This document shows, piece after piece, positions 28,945-37,033 of a stretch of DNA of 40,655 nucleotides (position 1 is its first letter; every line of letters begins with the position of its first letter). The translations under genes were made by a program, and so were the position numbers. This stretch comes from an uncultured Candidatus Brevefilum sp. (GTDB lineage: Bacteria > Chloroflexota > Anaerolineae > Anaerolineales > Anaerolineaceae). The stretch covers positions 4,197-44,851 of the forward strand of contig CAYUSC010000004.1 in NCBI GenBank assembly GCA_964447265.1, given 5' to 3'. The notes under the pieces are model-generated. The model did not search any database. It was not told the origin of the DNA and was given only the letters and a program-made list of their open reading frames with translations.

Positions 28945-29757
28945 TTAGCGTTCCTCCGTTTGGGTTTTGCGTTCAATCCAGGCAACGACTCGGGCGGAAA
29001 TCAGGGTCATGATAAGGTAGATCAGGGCGATCATCAACCAGGTCTCGACCGGCATAAAGCTGGCCGCCATGAATTCTCGGCCTCGTCGGGTGATATCCGC
29101 CACGGAGACTACACTCACCAGCGATGAGTCTTTCAGCAGTGAAATGAATTCGTTCCCAACCGGCGGCAGAACGGTTCGAAAGGCCTGGGGGAGGATCACA
29201 AAGCGCATCGCCTGGTTGTGGGTCATACCCAGGCTGCGCGCGGCTTCGTTTTGACCTTTGGGGACGCTCTGAATGCCGGCTCGATAGATTTCGCTCATAT
29301 AAGCGGAGTAGCAGAAGGTCAGGCCCAAAATGGCCATCGCAAAGGGATTTGCCAAATAGCGCTCGAAGGGTTCGTAGTTGATCAGTTCACCAAAACCTTG
29401 AATAATGGAAGGGAAGGCAAAATACCAGAATAATAATTGGACCAGGAGTGGGATGCCGCGGGCTACTTCCACGTAGACGGTGGTGACCCAGCGGACGGCG
29501 CTGTTCTTTGAAAGACGGCCCAGCGCTGTGAGCAAACCCAGCACCAGGGTCAGGACAAAGGCGGTAATGGTGACGCCAATGCTCACCAATAAACCGTCAC
29601 TGACGAATTTGATGATCCGCCAGTAAGGGTCAGGTTCAAGACCGGCCAGAAGGGCGACAATCGCCACGACCGCAGCAACCAGCCACCACCAGCTGTCAAT
29701 TCGATGATTGGCAACCTCGAACCCCGGGACTTTTTCTAGTTCTTTTCGGATTCGCAT
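28945..29757 (-). CDS. Polar amino-acid ABC transporter permease
   Basis: [38 protein letters not shown] and LLKDSSL. Confidence 0.93.
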   Translation of the reverse strand: MRIRKELEKVPGFEVANHRIDSWWWLVAAVVAIVALLAGLEPDPYWRIIKFVSDGLLVSIGVTITAFVLTLVLGLLTALGRLSKNSAVRWVTTVYVEVARGIPLLVQLLFWYFAFPSIIQGFGELINYEPFERYLANPFAMAILGLTFCYSAYMSEIYRAGIQSVPKGQNEAARSLGMTHNQAMRFVILPQAFRTVLPPVGNEFISLLKDSSLVSVVSVADITRRGREFMAASFMPVETWLMIALIYLIMTLISARVVAWIERKTQTEER

Positions 29758-29776
29758 ACACTCTCTCTTTCAATTT

Positions 29777-29804
29777 TCTCGCCAGAGCAATTGCTCTGGC
29801 GAGA
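29777..29804. repeat. Perfect 28-bp intercistronic palindrome
   Basis: TCTCGCCAGAGCAATTGCTCTGGCGAGA between the binding-protein and permease genes. Confidence 0.8.
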
Positions 29805-29831
29805 GATGAAACCAAGATGATTAGATTAGTC

Positions 29832-30581
29832 TTATTCGGCCGAGGTGGTGTACCATTTGATGACCAGTTCCTCGATGAAGCCTTCAGCCTGAAGTTCGGC
29901 GAGGGCAGCATTGACCTGGGAGATCAATTCATCATTTCCAAGACAGAAAGCAATGCCGTATCCTTCATCGGTGAAGACATCGCCCACAACCTTCAGGTTC
30001 GCGGCGTTGTTGTTGACGAACGCCACAGCCGTGGGGTAATCCGCAACGACAGCGTCCACCTGCCCATTGGCCAGGTCGAGGAAGGCAAGCTCGTAGGTGT
30101 CATAGGTCTTGAGGGTGGTATCAGCGATGGCTTCAATTTCCATTGCGCCAGTGGTACCGAGCTGAGCGCCAACGGTTGCGCCGACCAGATCTTCAGGGCC
30201 ATTGATGGTCTCGTTATCCGCCTGGACAACGACGATTTGTCCGGCGTTGATGTAGGGATCTGAGAAGGCGAACTGTGCGGCCCTGTCGGGTGTGATCGTC
30301 ATGCCGGAGATGGCCATGTCATATTGGCAGTCGGCCATACCGGCCAACAGCGGGTCCCAGGCCACGTTCTGGAATTGGATATCCAGACCGGCTTTTTCGG
30401 CGATGGCGTTCATCAGGTCAATATCAAACCCGATGATCTCTTTGGTTTCCTCGTCCACCATTTCAAAAGGTGGGAAGGCGGCGTCCGTTCCAACGACCAG
30501 GGCATCGGAGGATTTGGCACAGGAGGCCAATAGACTCAGGGCAAGGATGGCTACAAGTGTGATCAAGATTTTCTGCTTCAT
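29832..30581 (-). CDS. Basic/polar amino-acid ABC transporter substrate-binding lipoprotein (family 3)
   Basis: Lipobox LASC; GTDAAFPPFE, GFDIDL, SGMTITPDR, FSDPY and GAQLGTTG. SD GAGGAG. Confidence 0.92.
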   Translation of the reverse strand: MKQKILITLVAILALSLLASCAKSSDALVVGTDAAFPPFEMVDEETKEIIGFDIDLMNAIAEKAGLDIQFQNVAWDPLLAGMADCQYDMAISGMTITPDRAAQFAFSDPYINAGQIVVVQADNETINGPEDLVGATVGAQLGTTGAMEIEAIADTTLKTYDTYELAFLDLANGQVDAVVADYPTAVAFVNNNAANLKVVGDVFTDEGYGIAFCLGNDELISQVNAALAELQAEGFIEELVIKWYTTSAE

Positions 30582-30646
30582 TTTTTCTCCTCAAAATAGT
30601 TGTTACTCGTTAATCGAATAGGGTGGTTGAATGGTTGGGTCGACTT

Positions 30647-30661
30647 CTAATAAGGTCGCAT
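30647..30661 (-). other. Mini-ORF MRPY* with strong SD
   Basis: Minus strand GAGGAG-aagctg-ATG CGA CCT TAT TAG, just after the attenuator terminator. Confidence 0.4.
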
Positions 30662-30680
30662 CAGCTTCTCCTCAGGTAAC

Positions 30681-30711
30681 AAAAAAGACCTTCCATTGGA
30701 GGAAGGTCTTT
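30681..30711 (-). terminator. Attenuator terminator in the ABC operon leader
   Basis: Minus strand AAAGACCTTCC-tccaat-GGAAGGTCTTTTTT. No full-length gene lies upstream on this strand because gntK is divergent. Confidence 0.85.
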
Positions 30712-30737
30712 GGTGTACGCTAGTAGATTGCGTTCAG

Positions 30738-30821
30738 TTAAGCGCCAAGCGCCGCTCCTCCGGATGAAGGTCGGTTATGATGATGCTTTCGCTTGAGTTC
30801 CTGAACGAATATCTTTGTCAT
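30738..30821 (-). CDS. Attenuator leader peptide, 27 aa, MTKIFVQELKRKHHHNRPSSGGAALGA
   Basis: ATG 30821 to TAA 30738. Three tandem CAT codons (30785-30777) are preceded by AAG CGA AAG. The stop is 26 nt before the terminator. Confidence 0.75.
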   Translation of the reverse strand: MTKIFVQELKRKHHHNRPSSGGAALGA

Positions 30822-30831
30822 AATTGGTTCG

Positions 30832-30840
30832 ATTTTAGCA
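30832..30840 (-). promoter_or_regulatory. Extended -10 promoter for leader and ABC operon
   Basis: Minus strand TGCTAAAAT, 10 nt upstream of the leader ATG. Confidence 0.6.
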
Positions 30841-31045
30841 AAAATCCTGGATTTTACCTCATCAGATTGTTAACGAGGCGTTAAGTTATCATTATCCGGG
30901 GTGATATTTGGTTCAGAACACTAAAAAGAGGAAGAATATTCAAATGAAATTAAAAAAACATTGTGGAATTTCTTTCGTGATAAGATCAAGAGAAGAATCC
31001 AATCCTGGATCGTACACGAGAAAACGATCTGAAAGGGGCTGAAAA

Positions 31046-32542
31046 TTGACCCGTCCGGAGGAAGTTTTAATCAGCATTGACCTCGGCACCAGCAGCATTC
31101 GGGTAGCCCTGCTCGGTTTTGATTTGAAAGTCAGATATCAGCAGCAGGCCACAGTGACCTTGCAGACCAGTAGGGCCGGTCAGGCTGTTCAGGACGCGGA
31201 GGAGATCGTCACCCTTGCCCTGGAAGGACTGACTGCTGTTCTGAATTGGGCGGCCGCTCACCAGCGTCAGCCACTTGGGATGTGCTTCTCCAATACCAGC
31301 GCCAGCCTGGTGGCTTTAGATAAGGATTATCAACCCATAGCGCCGGCCATGACTTACCTCGACCTGCGCGCCCATGCCCAGGTTGAGCGATTACAGACTG
31401 CCTTTGGCAGCGCGACCTTTCGCTATACCGGTGCGCCGCTCCACGCCAGTTACTGGCTGCCGAAGTTCCTCTGGCTGGCGGAAAACGAACCTGACCTCCA
31501 TCAGGCTGCTCATTTTTGTTCGATCAAAGACTTCCTGGTTTACCGGTTAACAGGTCAATTTGTGACCGACATGGCTAATGCCGGTGCCAATGGGATTTGT
31601 GACGTGAGGACGCAGGATTGGGATCCGGAAATATTGGAAATTGCAGGCATCAAGCGCAGCCAGCTTCCTCGAGTCGCCCCGATAACCACGGTGTTGAACC
31701 TTACCCCAACGCCGGATATCCCGGGTCTGAAAAACCGCCCGGAAATCAAGGTTATTCTTGGGGGAATGGATGGGCTGCTCTCATCACTTGGCGCCGGGGC
31801 GTTCCTGCCGGGGCAGGTGACCACCACAATTGGGTCTTCGGGTGCCTGTCGGGTGGCTGCCCGGACACCGCTTGTTGATCAGGACCCGTTGCGGGTCTGG
31901 TCTTATCCTTTGGAGCCGGGCCTCTGGATCAGGGGTGGGGCGATGAATAATGGCGGCCTGGTGACTCAATGGCTGGTGGAGAATTTCTCCTCATCCGGAA
32001 AAGCTGATGAACAGGGTTATGCGGAATTTTTCGCAGGTGCCGCCTCGGTTTCTCCGGGGGCGGATGGGTTGATCTTCCTGCCTTATCTCTTTGGCGAACG
32101 GGCACCGATTTATAATGAGCAAGCGAGGGGCGCGTATTTGGGGTTGAATGCCCGGCACCATCGGGCGCATTTTGCCAGGGCGGGCTTGGAAGGCATCCTC
32201 ATGGCCCTTTATTCCATTTATGAGATCGTCGGACCGGAAAGCATTGGGCAGCCTATCCGGGCAACAGGCGGCTATCTAAAATCGGAACTGATGCTTCAGA
32301 TCCAGGCGGATATCTTTGGCGCTCCGATTGAGACGCCGGAGAACCTGGAAGGATCGATTGTGGGGGCGGCAATGGTGGGGATGAAGGCTTTGGGTGTGAT
32401 CAGAGAGTATTCTGAAGTTAGCAATTTCCTGCCGATTGTGAAGGTATTTACCCCGAATGAGCTGAACCATCAGGTCTACCAGAATTGTTTTCAGCAGTTC
32501 AAACGGCTGCTTTATGCCGTCCAGAAAGATGAATTAGGTTAA
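31046..32542 (+). CDS. gntK: FGGY carbohydrate kinase, gluconokinase-like
   Basis: IDLGTSS, TG.PLH.SYWLPK, SIKDF, DG..SSLG, GGAMNNGG, LPYLFGERAP and ATGG. Confidence 0.75.
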   Translation: MTRPEEVLISIDLGTSSIRVALLGFDLKVRYQQQATVTLQTSRAGQAVQDAEEIVTLALEGLTAVLNWAAAHQRQPLGMCFSNTSASLVALDKDYQPIAPAMTYLDLRAHAQVERLQTAFGSATFRYTGAPLHASYWLPKFLWLAENEPDLHQAAHFCSIKDFLVYRLTGQFVTDMANAGANGICDVRTQDWDPEILEIAGIKRSQLPRVAPITTVLNLTPTPDIPGLKNRPEIKVILGGMDGLLSSLGAGAFLPGQVTTTIGSSGACRVAARTPLVDQDPLRVWSYPLEPGLWIRGGAMNNGGLVTQWLVENFSSSGKADEQGYAEFFAGAASVSPGADGLIFLPYLFGERAPIYNEQARGAYLGLNARHHRAHFARAGLEGILMALYSIYEIVGPESIGQPIRATGGYLKSELMLQIQADIFGAPIETPENLEGSIVGAAMVGMKALGVIREYSEVSNFLPIVKVFTPNELNHQVYQNCFQQFKRLLYAVQKDELG

Positions 32543-32660
32543 AAAGGTGGAAAAAAGCCTATGAATTTTCGCATTTTCGGTTAAAATAGTGGGTATAGGT
32601 CTGACAATTAATAGGAGGGACCACTTATCTGATTGACCGGATGTAAACAGTTCGTTAAGA

Positions 32661-32700
32661 TGTCTAGACAAATTATTCTCACCAATATATATGATAAAAT
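32661..32700 (+). promoter_or_regulatory. Putative promoter and GntR/HutC-type palindrome for the purine operon
   Basis: Palindrome TGTCTAGACA (32661-32670) and extended -10 TGATAAAAT (32692-32700). Confidence 0.45.
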
Positions 32701-32959
32701 CTGTCTACTGACTGACCGTTACCGAATGGGTTGAGGTTATGATAGCAAGGAAAACTTCTTGCATTAGGAACCACCAGACTTCTAAAAACACACGAGTCGT
32801 ATCTCGGGGAATGTGTGCCACCTATCAGTCCATGCCGGATTCATTTTTTCTGTATAAAAATCAATTGCGCTATTTATTATTTCATCACCACGTGATCGAA
32901 TGAGGGCAGACTATGTTTTCCATCACTCGATCCGCTTGGCTTATTTAGAAAAGGAGAAA

Positions 32960-32974
32960 ATGGCGAAAAACTAA
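32960..32974 (+). other. Mini-ORF MAKN* with strong SD
   Basis: AAAGGAG-aa-ATG GCG AAA AAC TAA, 52 nt upstream of the BMP gene. Confidence 0.35.
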
Positions 32975-33026
32975 CAAATTCGGTCAATTCTATCCAACCA
33001 CTAATATAGAAGAAGAAGGATAAGAG

Positions 33027-34286
33027 ATGAGAAAACATGTTTTTTTGCTGTTCGCGATCTTACTGATTTCGGCTTTCGTCCTTTCAGCCTGTGGCACGCC
33101 CGCAGCCACTGAAGCTGGCGACGAACCCGGGGTTGTAGAAGAAACTGAAGCCGTAGCAGATACCGGAGAAACTGTCGCCGGCTTCCAGATCCCTGTCCCT
33201 GAAGAAGGCATGTACAACGTGGCCTTTGTCTATGTTGGTCCGCACGATGATGGCGGCTGGTCACAGTCCCATGATGTCGGCCGGATGTATGTTGAAGAAA
33301 CCCTCGATGGCGTTCACACAGCCTATATCGAGAACGTTCCTGAGGGCGCTGATGCTGAACAGGTCATTCGCTCACTGGCTCGCAAGGGCTTCGACATGAT
33401 CTTCACCACCTCCTTCGGTTTCATGGATGCTTCTGAGATCGTTGCAGACGAATTCCCGAACGTGAACATTATTCATGTCAGCGGCTACAAAGCCAACGGC
33501 GCGAACTTCGGCAACCTGATGGGCGCGATGGAAGATATAAAATATCTGGCCGGTATGCTGGCTGGTTCACGGGCGAAGATGGACGGCAATCCGAAGATTG
33601 GTTACATGGCCACCTTCCCGATCCCCGAAGAACTTCGCTTGGGCAACGCTTTCGCCCTTGGTGTCATGCAGACCTGCCCGGAATGCACGATTGATGTCCG
33701 CTTCATCAACACCTGGCACGATCCAATCCTCGAGCAGGAAGGCGCTGAATCACTGTTCTCCGCCGGCGCTCAGGTAGTTATGACCGGCGCCGATACCCCC
33801 GCCCCCGCGATTGTCGCTCCTGAGGGCAAATGGGGCATCACCTATGACTATTATGGAAACTGCACCCTGGATTCCTGCCTCACCTCCATGTACTGGAACT
33901 GGGGTGTGGAATATGCTCGGATCATTGAAGAAGCCCGTGCCGGCACCTGGGTTGGCGGATGGGAATACTTCGATGCCGATTCCGGCGCCCTGGGCCTCTA
34001 TGGCTTCATGGACGGCGAAGAACTGATGCCCGGTGTGGCTGATCTGCCCGCTGAGGATCTGCAGTTGGTTCGCGAAACTCTGGCTCAGATGCTTGCCGGT
34101 GAATTCACACGGTTCGATGTCTTCAAGGGCCCGATCTATGACAATCAGGGTAACCTTATCCTGGCCGATGGCGTGAGTCTCGAACAACTCGACCTGGATG
34201 GTTTCGCTGAATTTGGTAGTGATTGCACCACCTGTATGTACTGGTGGAACGAGAACATCACCGCTGAACTGCCCTCGCTTGAGTAA
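33027..34286 (+). CDS. BMP family ABC transporter substrate-binding lipoprotein (purine/nucleoside)
   Basis: Lipobox LSAC; FVYVGPHDDGGWSQSH, ENVPEG, IFTTSFGFMD, YLAGMLAG, NAFALG and TWHDP. Confidence 0.92.
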   Translation: MRKHVFLLFAILLISAFVLSACGTPAATEAGDEPGVVEETEAVADTGETVAGFQIPVPEEGMYNVAFVYVGPHDDGGWSQSHDVGRMYVEETLDGVHTAYIENVPEGADAEQVIRSLARKGFDMIFTTSFGFMDASEIVADEFPNVNIIHVSGYKANGANFGNLMGAMEDIKYLAGMLAGSRAKMDGNPKIGYMATFPIPEELRLGNAFALGVMQTCPECTIDVRFINTWHDPILEQEGAESLFSAGAQVVMTGADTPAPAIVAPEGKWGITYDYYGNCTLDSCLTSMYWNWGVEYARIIEEARAGTWVGGWEYFDADSGALGLYGFMDGEELMPGVADLPAEDLQLVRETLAQMLAGEFTRFDVFKGPIYDNQGNLILADGVSLEQLDLDGFAEFGSDCTTCMYWWNENITAELPSLE

Positions 34287-34302
34287 CACAAATTAACGAC
34301 CG

Positions 34303-34336
34303 CAACCAGGAAACTGCCCACGCAGTTTCCTGGTTG
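34303..34336 (+). repeat. Intercistronic 15-bp hairpin without U-tract
   Basis: CAACCAGGAAACTGC-ccac-GCAGTTTCCTGGTTG after the BMP gene. Confidence 0.75.
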
Positions 34337-34394
34337 TCAATTTCGGACTTATTCTCGCACCTTTGTTGGTGCAATTATTAACTAAGTTGGTTTT

Positions 34395-35930
34395 ATGACA
34401 CAATTACCTGTTGAGAACGCTTACGCTGTTGAAATGCGGGATATTGTCATCCGTTTCCCCGGGGTTTTAGCAAATGATCATGTGAATTTCAATCTGCTTC
34501 AGGGAGAAATTCATGCATTATTGGGCGAAAACGGGGCTGGTAAGAGCACTTTGATGAACGTCCTTTCGGGGTTATACCAACACGAATCCGGGACGATCAG
34601 GATCAAAGGCAAGCCGGTCTCTTTCCGTTCTCCCAAAGATGCGATTGCCGCCGGGATCGGGATGGTGCATCAGCATTTCATGTTGGTGCCCACGCTGACG
34701 GTGACTGAAAATATCCTGCTGGGTCTCAACGAACCAAAATTCTTCATGCGGCTGGCCACGTATGATAAAAAGATTGAGAAATTGCAGGAGACTTTTGGTT
34801 TGAAGGTGGACCCGACCGCCAAGATATGGCAGCTCTCCGTTGGGGAGCAGCAGCGGGTGGAAATCCTGAAAACCCTCTATCGGGGGGCGGATATCCTGAT
34901 CCTCGACGAACCGACCGCTGTTCTGGCCCCCCAGGAGATTGATGAGTTGATGGAGACCATGCGCACGTTGGTGAAGCAGGGCAAATCGATCATCTTCATC
35001 AGCCACAAACTCAATGAGGTCCAATCGGTTGCGGACCGGTTGACCGTACTCCGAAAGGGTAAGGCCACAGCCGAGGGGATTGACCCGCAAGGATTGAACC
35101 GCACCCAATTAGCCGAATTGATGGTGGGCCGTAAGGTGATCTTCCAGGTGGATAAACAAGAGAAGGAACCCGGCAAAGTGGTCTTGGATGTTGCCAACCT
35201 TTCCGCCGAGAATAATCGGGGTTTGCCCGCTGTGAGGAATGTCTCTTTTCAGATCAGAGAAGGGGAGATCCTGGGCATCGCGGGCATCGCAGGGAACGGT
35301 CAAAGTGAATTGGTGGAAGCTGTGACCGGCCTGCGCCAAAGCGAAGGCTCCGTCCGGATCAATGGCACGGAAGTCGGTAACTGCTCGCCTCGCAAATCCA
35401 TCCGGTGCGGCCTGGCACATATCCCTGAAGATCGGACCGGGGTGGGCACAGCGCCCAACCTTTCGATTACCAAGAACACCATTATGAAGAATTACAGTCA
35501 GGACCCCATCAGCAATGGATGGCGGATCAATTACATGGCTGCCAATGACCACGCGGAGGACCTGAAAGGCGTTTATGACATTCAGGCGCCCACGGTGGAT
35601 ACCCAGGCGCGGAAATTATCCGGTGGGAACCTGCAGAAGCTAATCCTGGCCCGGGAGATTTCCGGCGACCCCCAATTGATCGTTGCCATGCAGCCCACCC
35701 GTGGGCTTGATGTTGGCGCAATTGAAGGTATCCAGCGGCTTTTATTGGAGCAACGTCAGAAAGGGGCGGCCATTCTGCTCATCTCTGAGGAATTGGACGA
35801 ACTATTAATGCTGAGTGATCGAGTTGCCGTGATCTTTGAGGGTGAGCTGGTTGGACAGATGGCCGCCAGCGAAGCGGACCTCAATCAGATCGGGATGATG
35901 ATGACCGGGACACTGAGGAGAGATGAATGA
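34395..35930 (+). CDS. Nucleoside/purine ABC transporter ATP-binding protein (two ABC domains)
   Basis: GENGAGKST, MVHQHFML, LSVGEQQRVEI, DEPT, LSGGNLQK and PTRGLD. Confidence 0.93.
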   Translation: MTQLPVENAYAVEMRDIVIRFPGVLANDHVNFNLLQGEIHALLGENGAGKSTLMNVLSGLYQHESGTIRIKGKPVSFRSPKDAIAAGIGMVHQHFMLVPTLTVTENILLGLNEPKFFMRLATYDKKIEKLQETFGLKVDPTAKIWQLSVGEQQRVEILKTLYRGADILILDEPTAVLAPQEIDELMETMRTLVKQGKSIIFISHKLNEVQSVADRLTVLRKGKATAEGIDPQGLNRTQLAELMVGRKVIFQVDKQEKEPGKVVLDVANLSAENNRGLPAVRNVSFQIREGEILGIAGIAGNGQSELVEAVTGLRQSEGSVRINGTEVGNCSPRKSIRCGLAHIPEDRTGVGTAPNLSITKNTIMKNYSQDPISNGWRINYMAANDHAEDLKGVYDIQAPTVDTQARKLSGGNLQKLILAREISGDPQLIVAMQPTRGLDVGAIEGIQRLLLEQRQKGAAILLISEELDELLMLSDRVAVIFEGELVGQMAASEADLNQIGMMMTGTLRRDE

Positions 35931-37033
35931 GACTTCCTTTTAAGATCAAGTTTGAACCTCGGACAAAAGATGTCCCCAAATGGATGCCCTTAGCCACTTC
36001 GCTGGGTGCGATTGTGGTTGCCTTCATCATCAGTGGATTTGTTTTGTGGGCCATTGGCGGAAACCCCTTCCGGGTGTTCAAATACTTCTTTAGCGCCGCT
36101 TTCGGGAGCTGGGGGGCGTTCTCGGATATTCTGGTCAAGGCCACACCCTTGATCCTGATTGGTTTGGGCTGTGCCGTTGCGTTCAAAATGAATATTCTCA
36201 ATATTGGCGGTGAAGGCCAGTTCTATATGGGCGCCTTCTTTGCCAGCATGGTTGTTCTGGTTCCGATCATCCCTCTGGACAGCCCCAAGTGGATGGTGCT
36301 GACCCTGATGGCGGTGATGGGTATTCTGGGCGGTGCGCTTTATGGCTTTATCCCCGGTTTCTTGAAAGCCGTGTTCAACGTCAATGAGATTATCACGACG
36401 CTGATGCTGAATTATGTTGCCGTTTACTGGAACAACTTCTGGATTTTCGGTAAATACAGCGACGCCGGTTTCCAGATGACGCCGACCTTTGAAAAGGTGG
36501 CCTGGCTGCCCAGGCTGGCAGATTTGGCCCGCGAACACCCCTTCTTTTCAGGGATCACGCTTCATTTGGGCGTGGTCTTTGGGCTGGTGGCGGCTGTTCT
36601 GATCTGGGTGATCCTGAAACACAGCCGCTGGGGTTACGAGATCACCTTGATTGGCGACAACCCCAAGGCGGCGAATTACGCCGGGATCAATATCAAGAAG
36701 AACATCATCCTGGTGATGATGCTTTCCGGCGCTCTGGCCGGGCTGGCCGGGATGTCGGAAGTGACCGGTGTGGTTCACCGTTTGCAGGAACGGATCTCAT
36801 CGAATTATGGCTTTTCGGGCGTGATCGTGGCCTGGCTGGCAAAGCTCAATCCCTTTGCTGTGATCCCGGTGGCGATCCTGTTTGGCGCGTTGATCGTCGC
36901 CGGCCGTGAGATTCAGCCTTCGGGGCTTTCATTTTTGATCCAGGGCACAATCCTGTTCCTGGTGATCAGCAGTGACGTTTTCCTGCGTTATCGAGTTCGC
37001 ATCGTTCGCACCCGTCAGGAGGAATTGGCATGA
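35927..37033 (+). CDS. Nucleoside/purine ABC transporter permease I
   Basis: NIGGEGQ, NEIITTLMLNY, SGALAGLAG and YGFSG. ATGA overlap with the ATPase gene. Confidence 0.92.
   Translation: MRLPFKIKFEPRTKDVPKWMPLATSLGAIVVAFIISGFVLWAIGGNPFRVFKYFFSAAFGSWGAFSDILVKATPLILIGLGCAVAFKMNILNIGGEGQFYMGAFFASMVVLVPIIPLDSPKWMVLTLMAVMGILGGALYGFIPGFLKAVFNVNEIITTLMLNYVAVYWNNFWIFGKYSDAGFQMTPTFEKVAWLPRLADLAREHPFFSGITLHLGVVFGLVAAVLIWVILKHSRWGYEITLIGDNPKAANYAGINIKKNIILVMMLSGALAGLAGMSEVTGVVHRLQERISSNYGFSGVIVAWLAKLNPFAVIPVAILFGALIVAGREIQPSGLSFLIQGTILFLVISSDVFLRYRVRIVRTRQEELA

Noticed and set aside
28153-29012. Long antisense ORFs (231 aa and 223 aa) over the ABC ATPase
   Set aside because: Typical shadow ORFs opposite conserved ABC ATPase genes, with no independent motifs or RBS.
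30681-30840. T-box or lysine riboswitch as the explanation for the ABC leader terminator
   Set aside because: No TGGNACC T-box bulge, and the leader is too short for either element; the leader-peptide model fits better.
32695-32745. Purine riboswitch-like fragment (TCTAC...CCGTTA)
   Set aside because: No P1/P2 stems or TATGG loop, and it overlaps the predicted promoter.
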